Assembly: GCF_964204645.1 (NCBI RefSeq)
Contig: NC_134026.1
Location: 15,906,150 to 15,970,149 of the forward strand
Reading direction: 5' to 3'
Origin: Tubulanus polymorphus
Lineage: Eukaryota; Animalia; Nemertea
DNA: 64,000 nucleotides
A program made the position numbers and the translations under genes. The notes beneath the pieces are model-generated. The model worked only from the letters and a program-made list of their open reading frames with translations. It did not search any database and was not told the origin of the DNA. Below, piece after piece: positions 1-19,309 of this stretch; the stretch's first letter is position 1; each line of letters begins with the position of its first letter.

Positions 1-540
1 AATGAAATGAACTGTTAGTTACTGCAAACCTATTCCAGTGTTATGTCGATCGTGTTGAATCACTTTGCCTGAGTTGAAAGAATCAGATCTTCTATGGTGC
101 AACATCGGTCGAAGAGAGATATCTTGGTGTTTACTGTCCTTGACCATCTAACTTCATGCGTTTGACATTGGGATCAGCATCATACCCATTTGAACTGCAA
201 AATATTCATACAACATGAAAACCTACAGTACATGTATACAGTAATCAAACTTTCACCGATGTTGGATATTTGAATGAACGTTAGGCTTATTTCAGTATTC
301 TAAAGCAGGAAATCATAAGCCCAATCAATAGGCCCTATTCCTATTGGAACAATTATATAATGCATACAGCTGTACCGTACACTTATCAGTCAAGATTGGA
401 GAAATCGGTTATACCAACGATCAGCAAAATGTACAGGCCTACAATGATTTCTGGTATACAAGCCGTGACCACATGAACGTTTTGGATCTAGGTTTGACTA
501 TTAATGTCAGCAGGTCAGAGAAAGCCTGAGTAAAATTTAA

Positions 541-907
541 CCCTTTAGTGCCTCAGCCCTAAAAATGTATAATATTTCTTATTGACCTATGTTTTCTGCA
601 TCCTCTAATTGCATACAACACAAATTCAGTATCAGTTTCAAAATTCAAAAAATTTGAGAACAAAATTTTCTTCATATTTCAATGAACATATGTGGACATC
701 AGGCTATAGAGCCAGGTTATAAAGTTACAATTTTATGACTACAATACCCTGACGCCGTCTATCGTGTAAGCTTTGTACTAAGTCAACTTCTGTGGACATG
801 CATGTCAGGCTTTCCAGGCAATTATTTTGGATACTTTCATAGCTTGCACAGGCAGCTATGATTGGAAATATGTTTGTCCACGTGCGTAGACCGGAGGCAC
901 TGAAGGG
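541..907. mobile_element. piggyBac-type MITE
   Basis: TIRs CCCTTTAGTGCCTC (541) / GAGGCACTGAAGGG (907), one mismatch. TTAA on the left, imperfect TTTTAA on the right. No coding capacity. Confidence 0.6.
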
Positions 908-911
908 TTTT

Positions 912-1774
912 AATAAACCATTTTACAGTTGCTAGCCGCCATTTTGTTAGGGTACTTTTGTCCCGTATTGTTGGGTCATTTTTTTCTCTTTTTTAGAAAC
1001 TATCCGTGATGTGTATTGTATCATATTTCATCTGTCCATGGATGGATTTTGACAAGAAGTGTGTGGATTGCATTTACAACAAAAGAGTGATATTTTGGGT
1101 TTTCTTGGGTGCATGTACGTAAGCCTCTGCCTGCTGTAAAAGCGACTACCAATACAGCCATTACGAACTAGTGCCGGAGAACGGAATACAGTAGTAATGC
1201 CGTAATATTTAAACCTGATACACGTACCAACAATTAAAACCATTTTCCGTAGAGACAAGTGTAGTGAAAATGAAGAAATAACACCCATATACTGAAATAC
1301 ACGCAAAGAAAACAGCGCCGAATCTCGGAATGACAATACACGCGCTGCAGTTAAAGTGCCATAGGAAAAAAACTAGGCAAGATATCTTAAAATTTCAAAG
1401 TTCACCTAAAAGGGGGCGTTTATGCGCACAGTGCTTGAAATGTTTGGATTTTTTAGAAAATTATTTCTGAAAATAACGAACTTCAAATTCAGTACCCTGG
1501 ATTTCTATGCGCACGGCAAAAACTGACCACCGATTTTTATATCGCTCTCATGTCGCATTGTTGTAAATTTGAGAAATGATTTTAACATAACTGGAAACTA
1601 GAGATTCACGCGGTTTGAATGTTGCTGAAGTTGTCAAAATCCATCCATGGACAGATGAAATATGATACAATACACATCACGGATAGTTTTTAAAAAAGAG
1701 AAAAAAATGACCCAACAATACGGGACAAAAGTACCCTAACAAAATGGCGGCTAGCAACTGTAAAATGGTTTATT
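912..1774. mobile_element. Non-autonomous DNA transposon (MITE) with 144-bp TIRs
   Basis: 912-1055 is a near-perfect reverse complement of 1631-1774 (AATAAACCATTTTACAGTTGCTAGCC...). Superfamily not assigned. Confidence 0.8.
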
Positions 1775-2020
1775 GCATGGCTCAAATCAATTAGCCTTTC
1801 TGCGTGTGAATACTTCACTGTATTGTTTTAAAAATATGCCTATCGTGTGAATTAGTACATAGACTGAATTAGTCTTTAGGCTAGTCCTGACCAAATCCTA
1901 TCCATGTTATAATAGCACCAGTTATAGTAACATCACTGTAGGGCCGACGAGAGGGAAAAAGTTCTGTTTGTAGTACATAGGCATGGTAGGCTTTTCGTAC
2001 TCACTTAATACTTAAAACGC

Positions 2021-2463
2021 TGTTGTTACCTGTACGTGACTGTACGGTGATTTCTACAGGTTAGCCGTATGTGAGTACGTTGACGCTCAGACTTGCAATA
2101 TTGGGATTCGAAACCAAACGAAAAAAAACCCACTGTGCCACAGAACGTAACTGCAGGGTGAATGAAATTTGATTTACATATAGCCTAGCCTCGTCTAACC
2201 CAAACTCTGTTCTTTCACGCATGCGCGTTTGCAGATTATAGGAACTCACGTTCGGCGTTTTTACGGAATTCACGTACGGTTAACCTGTGGATATCACCGT
2301 ACAGTCACGTACGAGTAACAACTTCGTACTTAAAATGGTATTGGCTACTAGGAACTCACGTACGGCGTTAGTGTAGGGAACTCACGTACGGTTAACCTGT
2401 GGAGATCACCGTACAGTTACGTACGGGTAACAACACACGTACTTAAAATGGTATTGGCTACTA
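2021..2463. repeat. Inverted repeat with a tandemly duplicated right arm (MITE remnant)
   Basis: GTTGTTACCTGTACGTGACTGTACGGTGAT... (~2022-2077) is inverted relative to two ~80-bp direct copies CACGTACGGTTAACCTGTGGA.ATCACCGTACAG...GGTATTGGCTACTA (~2271-2350 and ~2383-2463). Confidence 0.6.
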
Positions 2464-3633
2464 TAAACCTAATAGGCCTATAGACAAATAAATACCGGTA
2501 GGCTTTCTTAGCTTCCACACTTCACAACCGAACCAACTGACCAACCAGTATATTTATTCCCAGTACGCACCAACCGGCACAGGCCTAACACTGTTTGTGT
2601 ACCGTAGCAGGCTATCGATAATCACCTGATACTTTTCTGTCGTTTGTTTGAGCTCAGACCACTATTCCAAAATCTTCTATATCCTATAGTAAAAACAAGA
2701 AATTCGAGAGTTTAGTTCATATATAAGCGCGTAAATTCAGGGGAAATCCTGCTTATGGCTCATAGGCCAGCATCTTAGCTACACATTGAAGTGGTTTTCG
2801 CCCCACATACCCAACCTAACTTTTGAAATAATCAAACCTTTAGAAAGGAGGGGTATCCCAGTACAGGTATGCCAGTACATCCGAGCCCAATATCTAAGGG
2901 AATCCCCCACCGTGTTTGGTACCCTTACTTCAAGCAAAAAAGTCCATAGAATCCCCTATTTCATCATCAATCTGTCCCTCAGGATCAATGGATTTATAGC
3001 AACTTGTTGTTTTGTTTAGAAATGTATTTGTTAGTCGTGTTTGTAAAGTAATTAGTCATATGTTCTTTCTGTCTTTGTTTATGGCATGTTGTTGCTCAAA
3101 TTGTCTACTTACTGTCTGTCACCTTTGTTTTTCATACCTAAGTTTTCGTTACTATGCAGGAATATATATATATAGATATAAGAGTCAGTTGAAACAGAAT
3201 GAGGGACACAACACACACTTTTATTTGGCAGTTTGTACTGAGCAGTTGTTGCGGTCGGTCGGAAGCCGACCAAGCATTTGAATAAAAGATATTTTATCAA
3301 GATGGAATTGATGACTTTGGATTTATTTTGACGAGCTAGTTCCCGAGTGCACTGAAAATTCCAGTTGTTACAATTGGTGGAGAACCCGTGGGCAAGATCT
3401 GACAGGCACTGCAGGTTAACAATCTTGTGCCTAGTTTTGGATAAGTAATGGCTGTACTTTGCGAGAATTGTGGACTCAACTGTTGGGGTTCTTGGAGCCG
3501 GACATGTTGTCACGCACAGGACGCATGCTGCAACCGTTGTTATATCATCGGACAATTTGCCCGATTTTGTTAGAATCCTGAGAAGCGAACCCGTCAAAAG
3601 TCCACGAAGAAAATTCGAGATCTGCCGAGGCTT

Positions 3634-4032
3634 ATGATGTTCAATCAGCGTAAACGAATTGAAAACCTCCGAATTATCAGAGAAGGTATATGCATGAATC
3701 TGGGCGAGAATCAGTGCCCAATGATAGTTAGTTCACCAATCGACGTTGGCATCTTAGACTGGGATGATGAGCATTTGTCTGTGGATATTTTACACCCGGA
3801 GCGACTAGACACATCAAAGCTACTTGAATTCGTGAGTTACCCAGTTTTTAGCGCGATTGAGCTGGATCTCAATTTCGAAAAAATCCCTAATCATGTCACT
3901 GATCAGTGCATCTTAGTAGATAATGTGTATTCTGCTGAGGAAACCGCAGCCGATATTTCTATTCTCGATGCGAAAATCCAAAATTTGTGTTCCATTTGCG
4001 ATCGATTAAAAAGACATAACTTTTCGGAATAA
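3634..4032 (+). CDS. 132-aa hypothetical protein inside the LTR element
   Basis: Only sizeable sense ORF between the PBS and the 3' repeat; no recognised domain. Confidence 0.35.
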   Translation: MMFNQRKRIENLRIIREGICMNLGENQCPMIVSSPIDVGILDWDDEHLSVDILHPERLDTSKLLEFVSYPVFSAIELDLNFEKIPNHVTDQCILVDNVYSAEETAADISILDAKIQNLCSICDRLKRHNFSE

Positions 4033-4370
4033 AAGGAATAGTGTCGTGATTGATTTGATGCTTATTAAACTTTTGTATACGCTCGCGACCATCTCTAAAG
4101 TGATATTGAGATGGCAAATGTGCCAGCAGATTAGTCAATATTTCAATGTCAAATGCCTTGTTTCACATGTATTGTGAAATACCACGTACCCCTCCGTCTG
4201 TTTTTTTTCCATATTATATATACCTTAGATCTCTTAAACAATTTGAGCACTTATGTCTAGTATTGTGGTTTTTGTTGATTGTGTAATTGTTTTTTTATGT
4301 TCATTGTGTAATTTGTCATATATTATGTAGTACATGTTTTCTAGATAAGATTAGATTCCGAGTAATTAGG

Positions 4371-4820
4371 TTTTAAATGATTTTGTAACGTTGTTGCGCT
4401 TTGTAGTCAACAAGTATTATTACGTTCGAGATACGTTTTTTAATGATTTTGTAACATTGTTGGGCTTTATAGTCAACAAGTATTGTTACGTTCGAGATAC
4501 GTTTTTTTAATGATTTTGTAACGTTGTTGGGCTTTATAGTCAACAAGTATTGTTACGTTCGAGATACGTTTTTTTTAATGATTTTGTAACGTTGTTGGGC
4601 TTTATAGTCAACAAGTATTGTTACGTTCGAGATACGGTTTTTAATGATTTTGTAACGTTGTTGCGCTTTATAGTCAACAAGTATTGTTACGTTCGAGATA
4701 CGTTTTTTTTAATGATTTTGTAACGTTGTTGCGCTTTATAGTCAACAAGTATTGTTACGTTTGAGATACGTTTTTTTCAATGATTTTGTAACGTTGTTGC
4801 GCTTGGTCAACAAGTATGGT
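4371..4820. repeat. Tandem minisatellite, ~66-bp unit, 6 full copies plus a partial one
   Basis: Unit ATGATTTTGTAACGTTGTTG(C/G)GCTTTATAGTCAACAAGTATTGTTACGTTCGAGATACG(T)nA repeated head to tail with no spacers. Confidence 0.95.
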
Positions 4821-5092
4821 TGGATACTATTGTATTTTTTCCTAGTTTTTTTTTACATGATTTAACCCTGTAGTAGTTTCTCGACTTTAGCGTATATGCA
4901 AAAGTCGCAGAGAAAGTATAGTGGAGTATAGCAACTTGTTGTTTTGTTTAGAAATGTATTTATTAGTCGTGTTTGTAAAGTAATTAGTCATATGTTCTTT
5001 CTGTCTTTGTTTATGGCATGTTGTTGCTCAAATTGTCTACTCACTGTCTGTCACCTTTGTTTTTCATACCTAAGTTTTTGTTACTATGCAGG

Positions 5093-5123
<31 letters not shown>

Positions 5124-5328
5124 ATATAAGAGTCAGTTGAAACAGAATGAGGGACACAACACACACTTTTATTAAGCAGTTTGTACTGAGCAGTTGTTGC
5201 GGTCGGTCGGAAGCCGACCAAGCATTTGAATAAAAGATATTTTATCAAGATGGAATTGATGACTTTGGATATATTTTGACGAGCTAGTTCCCGAGTGCAC
5301 TGAAAATTCTAGTTGTTACAGATTTCAC

Positions 5329-5815
5329 ACAGATCGCGGATCCAGACTATCGCACATGCAGCACGTGCGGTAGTCGCAGTTTTCAAATGCCCTTGAAAAA
5401 TTGTTGTTTCGGGAAATAAGTAAATACAAAGGCACATAATTTGTGCGCCATAAAAAATAATTGCCTTTCTGTACTAGGACTAAAGCATAATGTGAATGAA
5501 AATAAATTGCCCAAAATCAAAAAAGGCAATATAAGGCAATCTAAGGCATTTTCCTTTACTCAAAAGGGCACTATTCTAAAAGAGACATTATTGTTGCTCT
5601 ATAAATCTAATCGAAAAAGGGCAAATTTCGCCAAAAATCTAAAAAAGGCACAAGCAGATTGAATGTGAAGGCAAATTAAGTGGCATGATACCAATAAATG
5701 GCACATACCAATAAACTCAACCTCGCTCGCTGGGCATTAATACTGGCCCTTTTCAAAGTTGGTGCCCTTTTTTCACTGTGCTGTAGTCACCGAATGGCCC
5801 TGGATCCGCGCCTGT
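5329..5815. mobile_element. Probable MITE
   Basis: Ends ACAGATCGCGGATCCAG / CTGGATCCGCGCCTGT form an imperfect inverted repeat. Confidence 0.45.
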
Positions 5816-8800
5816 CATACATATAACCGAAATTCGTTACCATTTGCAGAAATTATAGCAACATTTATGGGGGACTATGAAGGCAAAGCTTTTAAATGAT
5901 TACACAGTCGGAGGTGGTTTATCAAATTTTTTGAACTATAGTGCTGCTATTATCCCAATCAAATTGCTAGATTTCGATCGTTTCTCGTCAAGTCAACACG
6001 TGTAATTCAAGTGTGATTCTGATGTGCGTAGAGAAAATTGTGACTAGCGTAATGAATGGCGGCGCCATGTTTAAGCTGCCCGTCAATCGATGAATAGTGG
6101 AATTATAGGGTGGAATTATCTTGATTGTATCCATACGAGGTTTATTAGGGGTTAGCGTCAACAAATGGTCCAATATGATTTATACGGATAGACGCTCTTA
6201 ACCGGGAAAACCGTGGTCTGTTTCGTGTTATCGTTGGCCAACGTGACTGACCTTGCTTGAGCGTTCGATGCCGGTGCACCGCTTCAAAGTATTGAACAAA
6301 GTATTCTGATTGTTAATGACATACAACAAATAAACCTTTCGAGAAGGGTACCTAGTGCCTGGCATTCTACTGAAAAATTCTGGATTGATTCACCGCATAG
6401 TTTTTTCGTTCATAGTGAGCATTTTAGTATATGAATCAATGATTGACAGTGACGCGGGTGCGGTTGTATCAGCTGTTGAAGACGTTCGATGTAAACAACA
6501 ATATAAACCACGTGCGCCATGAAAATTGGGACATCGAACTAAGAAGCACTGAATTTTTGAATAACATGTGATTTGAAAAGGCATCTGTGCTGGTTTTTTG
6601 GTTTACCTATGTTATGGCTGTTGGTTGGCAGTCTGCCAAGAGTATGTTAAATCGCGGCACAAAATTTAGTGGTTATACTTACGGCGTAGTCTTTTATGGT
6701 GAAGCAAGTAGAATTGATACGCGGAGGTCAGGCCGGTAAGCTTCGAACGGCTGATGCAATATTTTTCGAGAAAAACGCGATAAACATCGAAAATTCTTCG
6801 CTTTCTATAAGTTACTTGTGTTGACCTATATTTGTGTTTCCGACGTGAATACGGAAATTCTCGGAATTTCCGGGAATTTCGGCACCTCTGACGTAATTTT
6901 GGGAGTCACAAAATGGTGAGCAATTCATTTGACATTCGTGCCGTGCTTAGTTCGCCTAGAGTTTGTTCGTTTGTGAGGATTATAATGGAGTCGGCTATCT
7001 AATTTAGCGTCTCAAATTTAGTAAGTGTGGCAATTTCTATAGTCCTAGCTTGGCTTTGACTACAAAATACATTCCTTCTTTGAAAAAGTAATAGACGATG
7101 GCGCCAGCCCGAGCCGGCGGTGATAACAACGTTTTTGGAGGGAGGCCAGTCGACAAATGTTTGGCATCGTTGTGTTGAAATGAGAGTTAATAGGTGCATA
7201 CAGTTGTGTGCGCTTTTTCATTTGCTATTGCCATATGCTAATTAGTGTGTTTGACGATGTTTTTGCGGTATAATGGCATTCTTCGCGTAACAGCGCATAC
7301 ACGTTAAAATCCGCGCACTACGTAAATCAGCTGATCCATACATCTAACATACGTTCATACAAAGTGTATGTACGCTCTGTATTCACGTGTATACACTCGC
7401 GCTGCACTACGTCGATCTCCTAGCGCGTATTATAAATACTGTCATACGCTTTCTGTTCCTAAGAAAGAAAGTGTGCTCCTCTTTTAATTTCGTTAGATAC
7501 TTCGTCGATGGATACTTATCTTATTATATATCTTAGTCTGGTAAAATCGCTGTTTATCGACGTGAAACCATAAAAATAATATATATTTATGCACTATACG
7601 TTACAGTATCTGGGTAAGCAATGGAGTGGAAGGTGTCCACTAAGTTCCATAAACTCAAAAGGTCTTTAGATCTTCTAGAGTGGGAAATTTACCGTTTCAA
7701 AAAAACGGTTAGTTGCCAATTAAGTTTTGATATTTTCTGTTTTTTTACCTGCATTTTAATCTATTTTCAGGAACATTCAGGAATGTTCAGAATGTTTGAG
7801 CTTGAGATTTTTCAGAGACCTCAAGATTGTAGGGGACTCCCGCATGATAAAATATTCAACGTTTATTTGTTCTAAAAATATATTAAATAGCAATTTCAAA
7901 AAGTCTAAAAATTATGGTGTGTCACTTTCTGATGAGTATTTGTGCTGCCTCATCATCTATTTCTATCTGCATTCAAGATGCTGTTTGAAACTGCTGGAAT
8001 GATTGGATAGAACATTGAACAAAATCTAAACCTAAAGGAAAATATTGCCACATTCATCAGGAATAAAATGAGCTGTCAAGCTTAAGATGAGAATTTTGGA
8101 GCTGTTTAATTGGCTTCCTGGATTTTTATGCTAAATACAAAGAATTGCTACACACAGCCAATATCAAATTTTGTGTCATGCTTCCTAGAGCCCTTATGGT
8201 TTTCTGGACATATTTAAACCAAAACTAACAGCCACGCAAGTGAAAATCAAAATGAATACATGTATAATTGTACGTTCTTCTAGATAGTAGAAAGGTAAAC
8301 CACTTTGCCTCTGGCAAATTATCGAATCTTTGTTGACTCCTCCTATTGCATGGGTCTAAGCCAGGCCCTCTGGAATTGAATTGTAATAAACAGTAATTCG
8401 CCTGTAATGTGATCGGGCCTGGCGGAATGTCCATCCCTATTGTAAAAAATGCCGTTGGTGATCCAATATGGCTGCCATTGGGGTGGCCATCTTGAATTTC
8501 TTGTTTGTACGATACAGCCCGCAATTCTTGTGGATTTCTGCAAAATCTGGTATGAGGATCAGGGTAGGTTAGCTGTCCATACCTATTGTATATGGAGGTC
8601 ATCGGCTTTCACATATGGCTTCCAGGTTAGCCATCTTGAATTTCTAGCACGAAACGACCTGCAATTATTGACGCATTTTCATGATACTAGGTGTAAGAAT
8701 TTAATTTTGGTAGCTGAAATGTATACCCCTTATTGAAAATTGAGTTCAAAAGTATGACCGCCAAGGTTGCCATCCATCTTGGATTTCTTTTCAGCATGAT

Positions 8801-9329
8801 ACCTAAACCAATTCTTAATGCATTTTTTCATGTTGTGTGATCTTTGGGGCAGCTAAAATGGGCTTGTCTTTTCATGTAAGGATACATTTACAGAAAGTGA
8901 ACATTATCGCCACATAGCCTATACCATCTTAACTATTTTGAAACTTGTTACATCGTTACAATGTAAATCTTTCTGTAAAACTTTGAATACTGGATCATTC
9001 TAAGGTACTACATTGATAAGGTACTACATCAGCGATTACTTTAAAAGCTGTTAGGAAATGGTATCAATGATCATGGGTCGCTTAAATGGCTCAGCATTTT
9101 TCTACGAAAGAAAAAGGTGAACAGAACTGTGTCATCTTGGTATAAGATCTAACCAGTGGAGTAACGTAAGGTAGTATCCTAGGTCGCCTACTCTTCACTA
9201 TCGAATGATATTCAGAATAACCCAAAATATACAGGAGCAATGAATTTCCAAAACGACCTAATTGGGCTTGTTCCGTAAATGGTCAGAAACAAGGCACAAT
9301 ATGGATATAAGAAGAAAACCCAGGTTCAG

Positions 9330-9715
9330 ATTATTTTACGTTCGAGTGAAAAAGATTATTTCGAATGAAGATTACTCCTTGCTACAAAAAGACTATAACT
9401 AGTTCCACGAAAATTTTTTTTCTTTGGAATAAACACTTCGATCGAGCAATATACTTGTTCGAACAAAAATCTTATATTCGGAAAAGAAAATTTTGTTCGA
9501 ATGAAAACAATTCTGTTTGATCGAGCAATATATTTTTTGTACACAAGAAAAACTTTTTTTCTGCCACTAAAAATTTTTGGAGCGAAAACAAAAAAAAATT
9601 TGTTTGAACGAAATCAATTTTGTTTGATCGGACACAATATTTTTGGTTTGAACGAAAAACATTTTGATCTGACAAAAACATTTGTTCGAACGAAAAGATG
9701 TTCAAACGAAGCAAG
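9330..9715. repeat. Degenerate short-period repeat (TTCGAACGAAAA-like motifs)
   Basis: Recurrent TTCGA/TTGATCG/TTGAACGAAA motifs separated by A/T runs; explains the overlapping low-complexity ORFs here. Confidence 0.5.
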
Positions 9716-10416
9716 GATCTTTTTCATCTTGAGCTCCGCAGAAACTAAAGTAATCAGGAATTGACAAAATACCAGTTTCATTAATGATGAAAAACTCAAA
9801 TGACAACTCTGGTTTATAAAGCTGCCTGCTCAGACGAATGCCAACAGAGCTTAAAAAACAAAATTTTCATATGTAGGCCTACGTATGCGCTTAGGCCCGA
9901 AAGAAGGCGCTTAGGTCAATTGCTATTCAACCCTCCTATTCCTACACCTTATTTAACAGGGGTATCTGGTGTATTCGATTCGTAAAATCAATTTCATTTT
10001 AAGGATTATGAAGAAACAAATCTTTCGTTGCCGGATTTTTTATTGCAAATTCTGTTTGAAGTTCCATCCATGAGTCCGTAGATAATCACAGCTTTTTTGA
10101 AAACAGTTAGACACAGTAGGCCTAAAGGTCGCGTACAACTCAATAAACACTTTAATCGGCCTAGAAACGATCTCCGATCATCCACGGCATCGAAAACACT
10201 TACTCCGAATATCAAGCGTGAGCCCAGCTTACGGGTAAGAATGTGTTATATAGAGGTATTTTGTCAATATCCTGTGCATTTGGTAGAGATCGGTATGTAC
10301 TGTTGGCAAAGTAGAATATTGATAAATGGTTGAAGCCCGCGGCCGAATCAATGGTAGTAATAAATTCATTTATTTTGATACCTCCTCACTGCAACAGCAT
10401 TTTCCACCCACATTAA

Positions 10417-11295
10417 CCCTTTAAGGCTTTGATACATATTTATATGTATCATATTCAAATTGCGTTAAAACTTGACCCTACATTCTTCGACTCAGACACT
10501 AGTAATTTAGACAGTGATAGTGATGGTATTATGCATTTTATTGATGGAAATAGCTGTCTAGTAGTCAACATAAGCATTCTACAGCTTTTCTTAGTACAAA
10601 TTTTCTAATGATAATGTCCTGACCCAGGTTTTGCTCGCTTCCCATACATGCCCAATTTTGCTTTCAATTACCCTAAAAAACAAAGGGCACCCCCTGCTAG
10701 GAAAAAATAAACAGAAATAAAGTAGATCTATATATTACATCTATTTGCAGATATCCTATAATTTATAGAACTTTATTCATAACAGGTGTTTTAGAGCTTT
10801 GTTTGGACTTGTTCCGTGGAAAATATCTAAAAATGTCCATAATTTGCCATTTTATGAAAAAAAATCAAAATTATATATTTGTTTGGTCAACCATTCGAGA
10901 TGATAACATTGACCTATTGTGTTATAGTTTTTTGTTATAGTTACCTCAGACATTATGGGCAGACAAAACTGAGATTTATGCACTGCAATGAATGATATAT
11001 TACTGAAAATTTTGAAAATTGAAATAGTTTATGCTTTTTTTCCAAATTTTCTTGAAAAACGGTCCATTTCCATGGCAACAGCATCCTTGCTAGAATGCAT
11101 TATAGAAGACAGATAGTGGTTAATTTTGTTAGCCTATGATGTAAACTGATAGAAAAAGTTAATTTCATAAGCCTAAGCCTAGTGGTTTGATTTTTCTGAG
11201 CCTTTTATTGGGAAAGAGAAGGTCGTAAAATTTTGGGACAAAAAATCCAAAGTAGAGGGGAGATTTTTCAATGAAAAGATAAAAGTATTAAACGG
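10417..11295. mobile_element. Probable piggyBac-type non-autonomous element
   Basis: TTAA at 10413-10416 and 11296-11299 flanking imperfect TIRs CCCTTTAAGGCTTT / AAAGTATTAAACGG. Confidence 0.45.
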
Positions 11296-11414
11296 TTAAA
11301 CTAGCTGTTTGATGCCCGCGGCAAAATCACTGGGAGTAAAAAATATTTTTTGTACTTGATTTGATTCTAATGGTAAGGAGAAACTCGCAGCGGTTCCGCG
11401 GAACGACGATGTTG

Positions 11415-12193
11415 AGGCTGGCTTATGTCGACAAGCGACGCGACGCCTACCGACTACTACCGGCGCAACTGACAGCGACCGCGATCGCAGCCCAGCTTAT
11501 GTGGACTGCGCTCCGATTCCCAGCAACTGAGGACGACTAGCGAGATACGAGTTCCGCCCAGTTGCTTCCCTGCTTATGTCGGTACGATTACTGGCAAATG
11601 AGCCGACCACCGATGATCACGTGATAAGCATTTTGACAATAGATTTAAATTATTTTTAATTATTGGGAAATTTAATTCCAGTAGATAAGCTGTTTTTTCA
11701 GATCTTATTCTTTCTGATTCTCTTTTGAATACATCGTATAAAGATGGCCGCTTACACCATAGTTCTACCAATTTCGTTTCTAGATCTTCAGTCCAATCAT
11801 CTGCCGCGCTGAAGGTTTGGTTTACGTACGGAATTGCTTGAATTTTGAAAGTTATTGACTAATTACTAATGACGCTAACTAGCGGTCATAACTTGTACTA
11901 TGTATATGCTGTCTCTCATTGGCTGGAATTGCTGCGCTTAGTTCCGTCGCGTCACAGATGAGCTTATGTCGGTTGTGATCGAAAGCAACTGTCCGCCTAC
12001 CGTAGGCCGGAGTAGAACATGAGCAACTAGCCGGATACGGCTTGCGACGAATCGGTAGGCGTCGGGTTGCCGTTGCAACCCGGCTTATGTCGAACCGATA
12101 GAGCAACAACTGGTGCTATAGGCCGCCAGTTGCCACTAATCGGCGATAAGCCCAGTTGCGTCGGTAGGCGTCGCTGTCGACATTAGCCAGCCT
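11415..12193. mobile_element. PIF/Harbinger-like non-autonomous element carrying a MADF fragment
   Basis: TIRs AGGCTGGCTTATGTCGAC / GTCGACATTAGCCAGCCT, subterminal GACGCCTACCGAC / GTCGGTAGGCGTC, internal GCTTATGTCG repeats. Confidence 0.7.
11640..11805 (-). pseudogene. MADF/Myb-SANT-like DNA-binding domain fragment
   Basis: Minus strand reads DDWTEDLETKLVELWCKRPSLYDV, the W...L+EL+...P.L+D pattern of MADF domains found in Harbinger accessory proteins. Confidence 0.55.
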
Positions 12194-12762
12194 TTAAGAC
12201 ACACGTCGATTCGTCGATCTTACAGCTCGACAGTGCTTTTAATAGTTAGAGTAGTTAATATCCAGTGGACCGATAAAGTGTACTGATGATGAAAATGGGT
12301 AATTGTTAAAATTACAGTTTGAAGACCGCGGCTGAATGTGAAGTCTTATACTTGAATTGATAATTGTGACGAGCAGCCTCCGGTGGATTTCGGGATGACG
12401 ACTCAGAAAAACATGTCGCCTCATTGAATGGGGCCCAATTTTCGATGTTTACGGCCAGACAGTGCTTTTATAGTAACGTCGATTCATCAAAATACCGACG
12501 GAGGATTTGTAGATCGAAGTGAGCTAAATGATATTATACGGATTGTATCGGAAACAGCGATAAGGTAAAAAAGCCTATGTACTTTCGACGTAAATAGTGT
12601 GGAAAGGGAAAAAAGAAATAAAATACGCAATAGGGTTTTCAGTGGAGAATAAAGAAACTTTATCAATAAATTTCATTCAATATGTAACAATTAATATCTT
12701 ATTATATTAATATTTTATTGTACTATTGTACTATTTTCAATATTATGAAAATTATAAAATAT

Positions 12763-18205
<5,443 letters not shown>

Positions 18206-18419
18206 ATATGATACTTGTATAAAATACACCCCCTTTGTCTTTATCCCCCTTAGTCGTCTTAGTCGTTTTAGTCGTTTAGTAGTATAAGGAATATAAAAGT
18301 AGTTTTGGAAAATATTGAATAATTTTATATTCATTACTATTTCAATATTATAAAATTATGTTATTATTTTTCAATAATTAATTTGTCCATATTTTCTAAT
18401 TTAACAAAAATTTAATTTT

Positions 18420-19297
18420 TTTCATTTCATAAATTCATATTCATATGGTAATTATAATCTCATTGATAATTTTGAACCATTTTATTTTTAAATTTTTCCA
18501 CATATTCATCATGTAAATCATGTGAAATTATCATTTTCCTCTAAAGCTTGTTTCATTGAAATTTTATATTTGTTTTAGAATAATTCTAAAAATCTCATAT
18601 TTTCTCTAAAATATTTTACAATTGAATTATATTTTTGATTTAAAACCCATGTAATCCCAAAATGTCTACCAGAAAAAGCTAAATAACATAATTTCTCTAA
18701 TTTTTGATTCATGTTAAGTTGCACAATCATCAATAATAAATAATGTATTCGTTGTTTTATAAATATCAATTGCTATTTCAATACAATCATTTAAGTTTTC
18801 TTTCACTATTTTAGGATCTCATAAAATAAATTTATTATTTATTATTTATTATTTATTATAACGTGCCACATTACTTTATCTGCAATTGTCTATGTATATT
18901 ATGTATATTTGGTTTGTTTGGTAAACTAGGAATGAATGTGAATTGGTGTATATGTCTGTGTGTATGTGAGAGTGTATGGACGAGGGATTAGGACTAGATT
19001 AAGCCAACTTTGGCTTCTCCTAATTCCTCGCATAATTTATTGGTACATTGTTTTCCATATATTGTGTATTCATTTGTAAACTCTGTAACAATCTTTTATG
19101 CAAATAAATCATATCATCATATCATGTTTAAAAACTGTATTTCTATTTTATGTTTTATTTCACTCGTATGTTGGACAAAATAATATTATATTATCGAAAT
19201 GATTTATACAAATATTTTCTGATAAATCTAATAGAAAATATGTTTTACCAGAAATTAACATATTATGTGGTTCAAAAATGGATAAATCTTTATTCAT
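18420..19297 (-). pseudogene. Packaging ATPase pseudogene (copy B), interrupted by an insertion
   Basis: MNKDLSIFEPHN... start and LCYLAFSGRHFGITWVLNQKYNSIVKYFRENMRFL match 41566-42177. Confidence 0.85.
18859..19126 (+). mobile_element. 3' end of a non-LTR retrotransposon (LINE/SINE tail) inserted into the ATPase relic
   Basis: Interrupts ATPase homology; contains a stem-loop (ATTAGGA...TCCTAAT) and ends in GCAAATAAA followed by an (ATCAT)-type short-repeat tail. Confidence 0.5.
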
Positions 19298-19309
19298 TTA
19301 TAATTTATT

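Larger units (their letters stand above)
2995..5320 (+). mobile_element. Small non-autonomous LTR retroelement (TRIM/LARD-like)
   Basis: Direct repeats 2995-3372 and 4927-5320 are nearly identical and both end GTTGTTACA. A PBS-like TGGTGGAGAA follows the left repeat at 3375. GATTT occurs at 2991-2995 and 5321-5325 (candidate TSD). Confidence 0.75.

Noticed and set aside
4371-4820. Regularly spaced repeats resembling a CRISPR array
   Set aside because: Units are contiguous with no unique spacers, no cas genes, eukaryotic context.
8225-8830. Overlapping ORFs with GCCATCTTGAATTT repeats
   Set aside because: Degenerate sub-repeats typical of non-coding interspersed repeats; boundaries could not be defined.
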